A DNA stretch of 64,000 nt, from NCBI GenBank assembly GCA_020440605.1, contig JAGRNT010000007.1, positions 55,083-119,082 of the forward strand, written 5' to 3'. Of the stretch, positions 30,824 to 40,193 are shown piece by piece. The stretch is from a bacterium (GTDB lineage: Bacteria; 4484-113; JAFGCY01). The translations under genes and the position numbers were made by a program. The stretch's first letter is position 1; each line of letters begins with the position of its first letter. Under the pieces are notes generated by a model. That model did no database searches and was not told the origin of the DNA. It worked only from the letters and a program-made list of their open reading frames with translations.

Positions 30824-31390
30824 TCAGCGGAGCTTGGCTCCTGCGGCAACGGCAGCCATGCGGATCTGCTCCAGTTCGGCAGGATCATCCAGTGGCAGGG
30901 TGACCGCCGGGCCAGCCTGCCTGCCGACGTGGATCCGCACCGCCTGCTGCCGACGCAACTGCACGGTCTCCAGCCGGCTGATGTCGGCCAGGCGGATTTC
31001 ACTCAGCCGGCGTTTCTCGCGGAATACCATCCGCCGGTCGGTGAGCACTGCCTGCAGCGCACCGAACTTGCGGACCACCGCATAGATCACTGTGGCCAGC
31101 AGCATAGTCAGGCCGAGGCCGATGGCGAGCCACTCCCACACTGAGCGGGCAGAGCTCGGGGTGGAACCGGCCTGAGTGGTGATCAGCGTGCTGATGCCGG
31201 CAGCCGCAGATACCATCACCGTCGTGCTGCGCTGCTGCAGGTCCTTGCAGCCGCAGCCCCGGCCCCATCTGAGCAGCAGCTGCTCGCCAGGCTGGATCCC
31301 GAGCCAGCCCGGGGGGCCCTGGCCGGCTCCCCGGGCTGCAGATGACAATGGTTTGAGAATCATGATTGTTTGCTCCATGGCCACTTGCAC
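30824..31390 (-). CDS. hypothetical membrane protein with bacterial PH-like domain
   Basis: TM VWEWLAIGLGLTMLLATVIYAVV followed by YdbS/YdbT-like bPH-type segment; start uncertain. Confidence 0.4.
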   Translation of the reverse strand: MQVAMEQTIMILKPLSSAARGAGQGPPGWLGIQPGEQLLLRWGRGCGCKDLQQRSTTVMVSAAAGISTLITTQAGSTPSSARSVWEWLAIGLGLTMLLATVIYAVVRKFGALQAVLTDRRMVFREKRRLSEIRLADISRLETVQLRRQQAVRIHVGRQAGPAVTLPLDDPAELEQIRMAAVAAGAKLR

Positions 31391-31430
31391 TGCTTGTCAG
31401 CAAGGGCCTGCGGATGGCTTGCCGGTTCGT

Positions 31431-32570
31431 TCAGCTCTTCGGTGGGTTGTTCTGGGTATTGGCGTGGTGCTGCATGCCCATCGAGGCCATGCCGCTCAGT
31501 CCGCCGAGGTTCATGCTGTCAATCGCGCTGGAGGGCACGATCATCAGGCTGCCCTTTTCCTTCAGGCCCTCGAACAGCATGTTCATCGCACGCAGGTGCA
31601 GAGCAGTCGGGTTGTCAGCGTACTGCTCGGCGGCCTCGGCGAAGGACTTGGCAATCTGCTTCTCGGATTCACCGAGGATCACGCGGGCCTGGCGCTCACG
31701 CTCGGCCTGGGCCTGGCGGCTCATGGAGTCCTGCAGGTTCTGCGGGATGCGGATCTCACGGATCTCAACTGACTGCACGGTCACGCCCCAGGGCTCCGTG
31801 CGGCCGTCAATGATCTCCTGCAGCTGGGCATCAAGCACGTCGCGTCCGACCAGCAGCTCGGCGAGCTGTGTCTTGCCGATCAGATCGCGCAGGGCGGTCT
31901 GGGCCGCCCATGTTACGCTCTCCTCGAGCTTCTCCACCTCGAGTGCCGCCTTCTTGGCGTCGTAGACCAGCCAGAACATCACTGCGTCGACATCGACGGG
32001 CACGGTGTCCTTGGTGAGGGTCTCCTCCGCCAGCAGGTCGGCGGTCTTGACGCGGGTATCAATCCACTTGGCAACCTGGTCCACGAATGGCACCAGGAAG
32101 AACATCCCTGCCTTGTAGGTGGCATGGTACTTGCCGAGCTTGAGCACGATCACGTGGTCCCACTGGTCCGCCACCTTCAGGCAGGTCAGCATGATCATCG
32201 CGGCGATGAACAGCACGACGAAGGCGCTGATGCCGAAGGCGTACGCACCCAGCGCGAGTCCGGCGACGAGGCCCACCACGCTGCCAAGCAGCAGCAGGAT
32301 GAACCAGAACACGGCGATCGGGTGGATCTTGCCGCTTTCCGAGGTGGCGGACTGGATCCCACCGCCGGTCTGAGGAATGTGAACGTATGTCATTGCCATC
32401 TCCTTTTGTCTGTTGTTTCCCCCGCCGGAGCGGAGGCTCTCCATCTGCTTGCGCTTTTCCGCCGCGACTGCGATCGCGATCATGATGATTGCAAAGGCGA
32501 CAATCGCTGAAACCGCGATCACAGCCTCATCATCACCGCGCAGCAGCGCCGGTTGCCAGTAAAAGCCCAT
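31431..32570 (-). CDS. SPFH/band-7 (stomatin-like) domain membrane protein
   Basis: SPFH core VIVLKLGKYHATYKAG...VDVDAVMFW...VQSVEIREIRIP; two candidate starts (32570 coupled to GntR stop, or internal AAGGAG-ATG at ~32408). Confidence 0.75.
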   Translation of the reverse strand: MGFYWQPALLRGDDEAVIAVSAIVAFAIIMIAIAVAAEKRKQMESLRSGGGNNRQKEMAMTYVHIPQTGGGIQSATSESGKIHPIAVFWFILLLLGSVVGLVAGLALGAYAFGISAFVVLFIAAMIMLTCLKVADQWDHVIVLKLGKYHATYKAGMFFLVPFVDQVAKWIDTRVKTADLLAEETLTKDTVPVDVDAVMFWLVYDAKKAALEVEKLEESVTWAAQTALRDLIGKTQLAELLVGRDVLDAQLQEIIDGRTEPWGVTVQSVEIREIRIPQNLQDSMSRQAQAERERQARVILGESEKQIAKSFAEAAEQYADNPTALHLRAMNMLFEGLKEKGSLMIVPSSAIDSMNLGGLSGMASMGMQHHANTQNNPPKS

Positions 32571-32572
32571 GC

Positions 32573-32971
32573 TCAGGCCTCCCGTCCGAGGACTTCCCCG
32601 GTCAGTTCCTGGATCTGCCGCGCACTGTAACCGAGGCTGCGCAGCTGGCGCACAGTCTCGCGCAGCTGCGCGATGCCGGGCAGTTCATCCAGGCCGTTGT
32701 CAGCGCTGCCCTCGTTGGGGTCGACGGCGAAGGTGCCGACGCCCCGCTTGCGCGAGAGGTAGCCCTCGCGCTCGAGGTCGGAATAGATCCGGCTGACGGT
32801 GTTGGCATTGATTCCCAGCTGCAACGCCATGTCCCGCACCGTGGGCAGCTGCATGCCGCTGGGCAGCTTGCCACGGTCGATCAGGTATCTGATCTGGTTC
32901 TTCACCTGTACGTAAATGGGCACTTCGCTCTCCAGATTCACGCGGATGGTGAGTTTGTCAGTGCTTTCCAT
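32573..32971 (-). CDS. GntR-family transcriptional regulator (short YhcF-like type)
   Basis: 132 aa winged HTH LPTVRDMALQLGINANTVSRIYSDLEREG. Confidence 0.8.
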   Translation of the reverse strand: MESTDKLTIRVNLESEVPIYVQVKNQIRYLIDRGKLPSGMQLPTVRDMALQLGINANTVSRIYSDLEREGYLSRKRGVGTFAVDPNEGSADNGLDELPGIAQLRETVRQLRSLGYSARQIQELTGEVLGREA

Positions 32972-33034
32972 GAATCCTCCTCCCGGCGGGACCGGTATCC
33001 ATGGCGGGTTTCCTCGCTGCTTTCAGCATGGCGA

Positions 33035-33217
33035 TCAGTCCAGCGGGCGCCTGAACCACATGTGGATGTAGGTGCTGCCGGCCTCCAGTACGGAAGTCAG
33101 TTCCCAGCCCTGCAGGCCGAGATCGCGCAGGCTTTCATCGCTGGTCTTGATCTTGGAGTTCTCCACCTGCAGGCGCAGGTACTCCCAGCGCGTTCCCTTT
33201 GAATCTGATCTGCTCAT
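33035..33217 (-). CDS. DUF4177-like small protein
   Basis: 60 aa; WEY...LGLQGWELTSV motif. Confidence 0.5.
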   Translation of the reverse strand: MSRSDSKGTRWEYLRLQVENSKIKTSDESLRDLGLQGWELTSVLEAGSTYIHMWFRRPLD

Positions 33218-33284
33218 TGTTCTCCTCCACTAGACAATCGGTGTACTAGTGAACTAGAACAATAATAACCTAGAAGATAGTGGA

Positions 33285-33500
33285 AGTCAAGTGGGAGAAG
33301 TGGAAGTCAAGTGGGAGAAGTGGAAGAAGTGGATGAGGAAGTTCACCGTAGCGGCTGCTTCCAGCAGCCGGAGTGTAGCTCTGAGAGCTACAGGGCCTTG
33401 TCGGTCTGAGACCGACACTCCTTCGCTCCATGGCACGGCTTCACAGCACCTCCGTCTGCCGCTGAAGCGGGTAGCTCCGTTGTGCGACTTGCACCGCAGT
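33285..33500. repeat. mosaic repeat element copy A (GGAAGTCAAGTGGGAGAAGT tandem module, GTAGCGGCTGC hairpin, double-hairpin core 33370-33421, CCGCTGAAGCGGGTAGCTCCGTTGTGCGACTTGCACCGCA tail)
   Basis: core GGAGTG-GTAGCTCTGAGAGCTAC-AGGGCCTT-GTCGGTCTGAGACCGAC-ACTCC seen directly. Confidence 0.7.
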
Positions 33501-33529
33501 TCTGACATACGGCTGGGATAATTGCCCGC

Positions 33530-34093
33530 ATGTATTCGCATGATGAACTGACGCGCATCAGCCGCACGATCTCCCACGCTCTGCGGCATGCGCCGCAGGA
33601 GTACGGCATCGAGCTTGACAGGGAAGGCTGGGTGGAGCTGGGGACCCTGCTGGCAGCTCTCAGGCAGAAGGGCAGGCGTTTCCGGGATGTGGACGAGTCC
33701 AGCGTGCTTGACCTGATGGCCATCGCGGAGAAGCAGCGCTTCGAACTTGACAATGGCCGCATCCGGGCGGTCTACGGCCACAGCATCGAGCAGCCGATCA
33801 GCTACATGGCGAAGCAGCCACCACAGTATCTCTACCATGGCACCACCTCACGCGCGTTGGATGTGATCATGCGCGAGGGGCTGAAGTGCATGAACCGCCA
33901 GAAGGTGCACCTGTCCAGCGGCACGGAAACAGCGACCATAGTTGGCGCACGGCGGCAGAAGGCCCCGGTGATCGTCAGGGTGCGTGCGCTGGAGGCGAAT
34001 TCCGCAGGCGTCGGCTTCTACTACTGCAACCAGGACATCTGGCTCAGTGACGATGTGGGACCGGAGTGGTTGGAGCTGGAGGTCAGCCGTTAG
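33530..34093 (+). CDS. kptA: RNA 2'-phosphotransferase (Tpt1/KptA family)
   Basis: 187 aa; SHALRHAP, GWVEL, RFEL...IRAVYGHS, HGTT...EGL..M.R..VHLS motifs. Confidence 0.8.
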   Translation: MYSHDELTRISRTISHALRHAPQEYGIELDREGWVELGTLLAALRQKGRRFRDVDESSVLDLMAIAEKQRFELDNGRIRAVYGHSIEQPISYMAKQPPQYLYHGTTSRALDVIMREGLKCMNRQKVHLSSGTETATIVGARRQKAPVIVRVRALEANSAGVGFYYCNQDIWLSDDVGPEWLELEVSR

Positions 34094-34099
34094 GCTGAC

Positions 34100-34295
34100 A
34101 ACAATGGGGGAAGTGGTCAGTTGTCAGTGGTCAGTAGCGGCGGCACTCCTGCCGCTGGGGGAGGTTGGAGGTTGGAGTGGGGAGGTTGGAGGTTGGAGAA
34201 GGGAGTGTAGCTCTGAGAGCTACAAGGCCCTGTCGGTCTCAGACCGACTCACCGTCATTCCAAGGCACAGCTGCGCTGTGCCTCCGTTGTCAGCT
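34100..34295. repeat. mosaic repeat element copy B (GGAGGTTGGAG tandem module, GTAGCGGCGGCACTCCTGCCGC hairpin, double-hairpin core ~34201-34250)
   Basis: seen directly. Confidence 0.7.
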
Positions 34296-34480
34296 TTACA
34301 GCAGACCTCCTTGTCATCCTCACGGATGACCTCCGCGTAAAAAAAAATCCCCGCCGGCACCACTGTTGCAGGTGCTCAGGCGAGGACTCTCAGGCGGTGC
34401 GCCGCACTGCCAACTGCAGTGCTGAGCCCGATGCGGGCTGGGCTGCACCTCAGGGAAGCAAGGACCTGCTTCCCCCAGGT

Positions 34481-35458
34481 TCAAAGGTCGCGGTAGCTGA
34501 AGTTCTTGTCAAAGCCGTCGCGGGCCTTGCCATCCACCTCGACATAGGGGTAGATCAGGAAATTCAGCGGACCGTCCTGCACGCCGGGGATGGCGAGGTC
34601 GCGGCCCATCACGAATTCGATGCGGTCGTTGTCAAGGTTGCCGAACAGCTCCTCACGGCGCTCCGGGGCCTTGGCGACTTCGCTGGCATCGATCGGGATC
34701 CAGCCCTGGTCGTCATCGTAGAACTCGGCCCAGCAGTGGTAACCGCCCACGCTGCCCTCGGGGGCATCATTCGGGATCGGGAAGCCCATCAGGAAACGGG
34801 CCGGCACACCGAGGCTGCGGCTCTCGCCGATGAACAGGCTGTGGAAGTCCGTGCAGTTGCCATAGCGGGCATCACAGGCCCACTCGGCATCCCCGCGGCC
34901 CCAGCCCTCGCGGCTCTTGTCGTAGACGACGGTCGTGACGATGTTGTCATACAGCGCACGGGCGATCATGTAATCGTCGGCGGCATCCCCGGCGACCCGG
35001 GCGGCCTCCTCGGCGACCTCACCCTCCAGCGTGACCATGTTGTCAGGCTTGAGGAAGCGCTCCACCATCGAGGCATCGGTGTCATAGCCCCCGGCATAGC
35101 CGTAGCGCTCGACTTCGTAGCTGACGCTGACGGGCAGGCGGCCCTCACTGTCCGGCTCGATCGCCAGCAGGTCCACCTGCAGGAAGCTGTTGCCGTACTC
35201 CGGATCCGTGACCATTTCGTAGGAGAGATCGCCGGCATCCCAGCTCAGCACCTTCTGGCGCTCATTGCTCGGCGGCACGGGAATCCAGACGAAGGCGGAA
35301 CTGGCTCCTTCATCAACGGCGGGCACGAACACCCCGTAGGTGAACTCCATCTTGCGCGGCTCCAGTGCGCCGTCCATCTCGTCCTGCTGGGCCTGAGCCT
35401 GGCCGAACAGCCCGATGGAAAGCGCGAGCAGCGCAAGCGAAAGCAGCTTGCGTTTCAT
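34481..35458 (-). CDS. secreted transglutaminase-like cysteine protease domain protein
   Basis: signal peptide; Cys (GNCTDF), His (GYHCWAEF), Asp (WIPID) triad. Confidence 0.75.
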   Translation of the reverse strand: MKRKLLSLALLALSIGLFGQAQAQQDEMDGALEPRKMEFTYGVFVPAVDEGASSAFVWIPVPPSNERQKVLSWDAGDLSYEMVTDPEYGNSFLQVDLLAIEPDSEGRLPVSVSYEVERYGYAGGYDTDASMVERFLKPDNMVTLEGEVAEEAARVAGDAADDYMIARALYDNIVTTVVYDKSREGWGRGDAEWACDARYGNCTDFHSLFIGESRSLGVPARFLMGFPIPNDAPEGSVGGYHCWAEFYDDDQGWIPIDASEVAKAPERREELFGNLDNDRIEFVMGRDLAIPGVQDGPLNFLIYPYVEVDGKARDGFDKNFSYRDL

Positions 35459-35573
35459 GCTTACTCCTTATATATATGGGTTGGCAGGAGCGATACCGCT
35501 CCGCGCAGTAATGTAACCTACCGCTGGACGGGTTCATTTGATTTTGTGTTCTCATTTGAGGAGTGAGCTGAGT

Positions 35574-35966
35574 ATGGAGCCGATGAGATCCTGGAAGTAC
35601 ACGGTCTACAAGGAGGTGGAGTTCGCCGCTTCGCACTTCCTGCGCGAGTATCACGGCAAGTGCGAGCACCTGCATGGGCATAACTACGTGGTGCGGGTCT
35701 ATGTCAGCGCGGACGAGCTGGACGGTGAGGGGATGGTCTACGACTTCGTGCGGCTCAAGCAGATGATGAATGAGGTGTTCTATGAGCGCTTCGACCACAA
35801 GCATCTGAACGAGATCCCGCCCTTTGATGAAATCAACCCCTCGGCGGAGAACATCGCGACATGGATCGGCGAGCAGATGGGCGGGCTGCTGGACGATGGG
35901 CGCGTGCGGGTCACGGAAGTGCGGGTCTGGGAAACGGCGCGCAACGGCGCGATCTACAGGAGGTAG
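35574..35966 (+). CDS. queD: 6-carboxy-5,6,7,8-tetrahydropterin synthase (QueD/PTPS family)
   Basis: CEHLHGHNY zinc-binding motif; GAGGAG RBS. Confidence 0.8.
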   Translation: MEPMRSWKYTVYKEVEFAASHFLREYHGKCEHLHGHNYVVRVYVSADELDGEGMVYDFVRLKQMMNEVFYERFDHKHLNEIPPFDEINPSAENIATWIGEQMGGLLDDGRVRVTEVRVWETARNGAIYRR

Positions 35967-36250
35967 TGGGCAGATGCAGAAGCAGAAGCAGAATGAGAAG
36001 CAGAAGCAGCAGGCGGTAGCGGCGGCACTCCTGCCGCCGGGGTAGGTTGGAGGATTGAGTGCGGAGGTTGGAGTGGGGAGTGTAGCTCTGAGAGCTACAG
36101 GGCCTTGTCGGTCTAAGACCGACACTCCGATGGAGGCCAGGCGGATCTGCCTGGCGGAAGCAGGTTGGAGTGGGGAGTGAGAAGGTTGGAGAATAGGCAG
36201 AAGGCAAAAGGCAATAGGCAGTGGGCAATGATGGGCAGGTCACATCGGGG
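35967..36250. repeat. mosaic repeat element copy C (GCAGAAGCAGAAGCAGAATGAGAAGCAGAAGCAG tandem module, GTAGCGGCGGCACTCCTGCCGCCGG hairpin, core 36077-36128, GGCAGAAGGCAAAAGGCAATAGGCAG tail)
   Basis: seen directly. Confidence 0.7.
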
Positions 36251-36258
36251 AATGGAAC

Positions 36259-37311
36259 ATGGACAGAAAGATAATCCTGGCAGTGAGCTCAGCGCTACTT
36301 GTGCTGGTGGTGGTACTCGCCGGCTTGTTGCTTTTGTTTGCCAACAGGGGTACTGTCAACCTCCTGAACATAATCTCCCCACCGCAGCAGCAGGTCAACA
36401 ACACGCAGGGCAGTACAACATCCAAGACACCCCAGGCTACAGCTGATGCCGACTATGCCGCGAGGCGTGCGGAGGCCCTTGATTGCAGGTATGGGATCGG
36501 CCGCGATGTCGACATGCTTGAGGCGGAGCGCATCCTCACTGAACTAACTGACGAAGGCGATGCAGTTGCCGCAGCCCACCTGTTCACGCAGATCGTGATC
36601 GGCCTGCATCCGTACTCCCGTCGGGAAGAGGCGGATGAGATCTGGCGGAAGGCAAGCGATGAGTTGTATGAGCTATCCGAAAGTGGCGACCTGGAGGCAG
36701 GATTTGCTGTGGCCTGCGCCTACAAGGGAGTAGATGAGGAGAAGAGCTGGAGCCTGTTCATGGACAGGCTGACGAACCGTTGTGTGGAGGAGGGCTTCAT
36801 TCCGGGGATCCTGCTGCGGGCCGAGCTGCTGATGAAGGGCCGCCACCTTGAACAGGACCGCTACGAGTCAATCCGGCTGTACCAGATGTGTGTGGACATG
36901 GACTGCGTGGCGGCAATGACGAGGCTTGGCAATATAAACATGAGTGTGGACTACCCGGAGCATGACATGGAACTGGGGCGGGCAATGCTGGAGCAGGCCG
37001 GCGAACGCGGAGACCCCGACGCCTGGTACCAGCTCGTTTACCGCGAATGGACTGATGAGATGGATGCGGCAACTCGCGACAGGGTTGAGCTCCACCTGCG
37101 CAAGGCATGGAAATGCGGGGAAATCGGTGCGTCCATCAGGCTGGTCAAGCTGCTGCTGGATGACAGTGGACCTGCGCCGGACCTTGTGGAGTGCAGGCGG
37201 ATCATGGATGAAATCGGGCCTGAGCTGAGCATCGCACCACCGGATGATGACAACCGGCTGCTGTACGACGAATGCGCTGCTGAACTTGAGCAGCTGGAAG
37301 GCGGACGGTAG
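36259..37311 (+). CDS. membrane-anchored Sel1/TPR-like repeat protein
   Basis: 350 aa; N-terminal TM; repeated A-x-x-Y/W helical hairpins; flanked on both sides by repeat elements. Confidence 0.55.
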   Translation: MDRKIILAVSSALLVLVVVLAGLLLLFANRGTVNLLNIISPPQQQVNNTQGSTTSKTPQATADADYAARRAEALDCRYGIGRDVDMLEAERILTELTDEGDAVAAAHLFTQIVIGLHPYSRREEADEIWRKASDELYELSESGDLEAGFAVACAYKGVDEEKSWSLFMDRLTNRCVEEGFIPGILLRAELLMKGRHLEQDRYESIRLYQMCVDMDCVAAMTRLGNINMSVDYPEHDMELGRAMLEQAGERGDPDAWYQLVYREWTDEMDAATRDRVELHLRKAWKCGEIGASIRLVKLLLDDSGPAPDLVECRRIMDEIGPELSIAPPDDDNRLLYDECAAELEQLEGGR

Positions 37312-37690
37312 CGGTGGCTTCAAGCCGCCCGGGTAGGTTGGATGTTGGAGTGGGGAGTGTAGCTCTGGGAGCTACAGGGCCTTGTCGGTCTAAGACCGAC
37401 ACTCCGGAGCCAGCGCAGCTACGGCTTAGCCTCCGCAACGCGGCTCCTTCCGTTGCCAGGCTTACAGCTTGGCCTCCCCTAAGCAATGAGTTGCGAAGAG
37501 TGAGCAATGAGTGATTCGCAGGTCGAAGTTTACACCAGCCCTTCCCAGGCTCATGGCTCATTCTTCATTGCTCATCACTAGCCAGTCCGGAATGTTCCGG
37601 CGGCGGCATCCGTCGCCCGACTGACATCGAGCCTCCGCCTACCGCTGAAGCGGGTAGCTCTGTTGTGCGACTTGCGCCGCACTTCCATCA
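37312..37690. repeat. mosaic repeat element copy D (GGTTGGATGTTGGAG module, core 37355-37405, GCTTACAGCTTGGCCTCC module, GCGAAGAGTGAGCAATGAG module, CCGCTGAAGCGGGTAGCTCTGTTGTGCGACTTGCGCCGCA tail)
   Basis: seen directly. Confidence 0.7.
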
Positions 37691-38368
37691 GCCGTCGTTG
37701 ACGACCTCGAGCTTGATGTGCTGGTGGCGGATGATCTCACCCTCCACCATGAACACCACGTCCTCGGCGATGTTCGTGGCCTGGTCCGCGATGCGCTCCA
37801 GGTGCCGGCTGGACATCATCAGCTCGATGTTCTGCTGCGAGTTCTGCGGATTGGCGACCAGGTTGTCGGTCAGCTCGTTGATGATGCGCTCATTGGCGGC
37901 GTCGATCACATCATCACGGGCAATCACCGCGCGGGCCAGTCCGGCGTCCAGGTTGACGAGCGCCTTGAGGCTGTCCCCGACCATGGCCCGCACCTGCTCC
38001 GCCAGTGCCGTGAGCTGCGGGCGTCCCGCCGGAGTCGGCATCTGCGAGAGCCGCAGGGCGCTGCGGGCAATGTTGCAGGCCAGGTCACCCATCCGCTCCA
38101 GCGTGCTGTTGACCTTGATGGAAGCCACTATGAAGCGCAGGTCCGTGGCCACCGGCTGGTGCAGAGCCAGCAGCTTCAGGCAGTCCTCCTCGATGTCAAC
38201 CTCGAGCTGGTCGATGGTCTGGTCGAGTTCCAGCACCTCCTGGGCCAGCTCGGGCCGCTGGCCGGCAAGGGCGGCTATCGCCTTCTGGATCGAGCTCTCC
38301 ACCAGGCCGCCGATCTCGAGGATGTGGCGCTCGATGGAGCTCATGTCGCGGGTCAGATGCTTGTTCAT
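37688..38368 (-). CDS. phoU: phosphate signalling complex protein PhoU
   Basis: 226 aa; two PhoU repeats. Confidence 0.9.
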   Translation of the reverse strand: MNKHLTRDMSSIERHILEIGGLVESSIQKAIAALAGQRPELAQEVLELDQTIDQLEVDIEEDCLKLLALHQPVATDLRFIVASIKVNSTLERMGDLACNIARSALRLSQMPTPAGRPQLTALAEQVRAMVGDSLKALVNLDAGLARAVIARDDVIDAANERIINELTDNLVANPQNSQQNIELMMSSRHLERIADQATNIAEDVVFMVEGEIIRHQHIKLEVVNDG

Positions 38369-38392
38369 TGTTTGCTCCAGTGCTCCGGTGGA

Positions 38393-39274
38393 TCAGCCGA
38401 ATCGGCCGGTGACGTACTCTTCCGTCTGCTTCTGGCCGGGACGCGTGAACACCTGCTGGGTCTCACCGAATTCTATCAGCTTGCCGAGCACCATGAAGGC
38501 GGTGTAGTCGGAGACGCGGGCAGCCTGCTGCATGTTGTGCGTCACGATCACGATCATGTAGTCCTTGCGCAGTTCCAGCAGCAGGTCCTCGATCGCCGCG
38601 GTGCTGATCGGATCCAGCGCCGAGCAGGGCTCATCCAGCAGGATCACCTCCGGGCGGATGGCAACGGTGCGCGCGATGCAGAGGCGCTGCTGCTGTCCGC
38701 CGGAGAGGCTCATGCCGTTGGCATGCAGCTTGTCCTTGACCTCATCCCACAGCGCGCTCTTGCGCAGGCAGTCCTCGACGCGGGCGTCGATCTCGCTCTT
38801 GGGCAGCTTTTCGTAGAGCTTGATCCCGAAGGCGATGTTGTCATAGATGCTCATCGGGAAGGGCGTCGGCTTCTGGAAGACCATCCCGACGCGCGAACGC
38901 AGCAGGTTCAGGTCCAGTCCCTGGCGCAGGATGCTCTCACCCTCGAGTGTGACCTCGCCCTCGGCGCGCTGGCCGGGGTAGAGGTCGTACATCCGGTTGA
39001 GCACGCGCAGCATGGTGGACTTGCCGCAGCCGGAGGGGCCGATGAAGGCCGTCACACGCCGGTCGTAGAGCGGCAGGTTCAGGTTGAAGAGGGCCTGGCT
39101 GTTGCCATAGAAGAAGTTCAGGTTGCGCAGGGTCATCTTCTCATGCAGATCCTGCGCCGTGCTGTCATCTCCACTGGTATCACGCACCATCAGCTCGGCC
39201 TTCATGGTGGGCAGCTTCGGGCGTTCATCACGTCCGGGGACGCTGTCCGCGGATTCCATCTTGATCCTATCCAT
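38393..39274 (-). CDS. pstB: phosphate ABC transporter ATP-binding protein PstB
   Basis: Walker [10 protein letters not shown], signature [13 protein letters not shown]. Confidence 0.9.
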   Translation of the reverse strand: MDRIKMESADSVPGRDERPKLPTMKAELMVRDTSGDDSTAQDLHEKMTLRNLNFFYGNSQALFNLNLPLYDRRVTAFIGPSGCGKSTMLRVLNRMYDLYPGQRAEGEVTLEGESILRQGLDLNLLRSRVGMVFQKPTPFPMSIYDNIAFGIKLYEKLPKSEIDARVEDCLRKSALWDEVKDKLHANGMSLSGGQQQRLCIARTVAIRPEVILLDEPCSALDPISTAAIEDLLLELRKDYMIVIVTHNMQQAARVSDYTAFMVLGKLIEFGETQQVFTRPGQKQTEEYVTGRFG

Positions 39275-40193
39275 TCTTGCTCCTTTGCGTGCCGAGAGTG
39301 CGGGCGAAGATGCTCAGCATCAGGACTGCACTGGTGATCAGCAGGGCACCGACCCAGGCCAGGCGCTGCCATTCCTCGTAGGGACTCATTGCGTACTGGA
39401 AGATCACCACCGGCAGGTTGGCAAGCGGGTGGTTCAGCTCCAGGCTCCAGAACTGGTTGTTGAGCGCGGTGAACAGCAGCGGGGCGGTCTCACCGCTGAT
39501 CCTGGCAACAGCCAGCAGCACACCGGTGATGATCCCGGCCCGGGCGGCCCGGTAGGCCACGTGGCGGATCACCAGCGAGCGCGGCATGCCGAGTGCTGAG
39601 GCCGCCTCGCGCAGGTGCACCGGCACCAGGTTCAGCATGTCCTCGGTGGTGCGGACCACAACCGGGATCACGATGATCGCCAGCGCTACGGCTCCGGCCA
39701 GGCCGGAGAAGTGTCCGCCGAGCTCCACGTTGATGGCACCGCCGAACAGGTTGCCGGGCATCGGGATGGCGAACTCGATGTGCGGGGCCACGAGGATCGT
39801 GTAGACGAACAGGCCGATTACGATGCTCGGAGCACTCAGCAGGATGTCATTGATGAAGCGCACGAAGGTTGTCAGCTTCGAGTTGCGGCCGTACTCCGCC
39901 ATGTAGGTGCCGGCCAGGATGCCGATCGGTGTACCCATCAGCGTGCCGAGCACCGTCATGAACAGGCTGCCGACGATGGCATTCAGCAGGCCGCCGGAAT
40001 CACCGGGTGGCGGGGTCATCTCGGTGAAGACCTTCAGCTCGACGCCGGTTACACCTTCGAACAGGAGAGTGCCGAGGATCAGGGCCAGCCACATCAGGCC
40101 GATACCGGCGGCGGCGACACAGAGGGTCATCATCACCGAGTTGCGCAGCTTGCGGCTGGCGTAGAGGCGCATGTCCATATTGACAGCTGACAT
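39267..40193 (-). CDS. pstA: phosphate ABC transporter permease PstA
   Basis: 6-TM permease; operon position; overlaps pstB start. Confidence 0.85.
   Translation of the reverse strand: MSAVNMDMRLYASRKLRNSVMMTLCVAAAGIGLMWLALILGTLLFEGVTGVELKVFTEMTPPPGDSGGLLNAIVGSLFMTVLGTLMGTPIGILAGTYMAEYGRNSKLTTFVRFINDILLSAPSIVIGLFVYTILVAPHIEFAIPMPGNLFGGAINVELGGHFSGLAGAVALAIIVIPVVVRTTEDMLNLVPVHLREAASALGMPRSLVIRHVAYRAARAGIITGVLLAVARISGETAPLLFTALNNQFWSLELNHPLANLPVVIFQYAMSPYEEWQRLAWVGALLITSAVLMLSIFARTLGTQRSKNG

Noticed and set aside
35459-35573. preQ1 riboswitch upstream of queD
   Set aside because: No match to preQ1-I/II consensus by eye. Only a simple GGAGCG-ATAC-CGCTCC hairpin is present.
33285-37690. Integron cassette array (repeat elements as attC sites)
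   Set aside because: No integrase gene in the window. The elements lack the R''-L''/L'-R' attC organisation. GTTAGGC at the kptA stop is a single coincidence not repeated at the other junctions.
33285-37690. CRISPR array
   Set aside because: Repeats are long, heterogeneous and irregularly spaced with genes between them; no cas genes.
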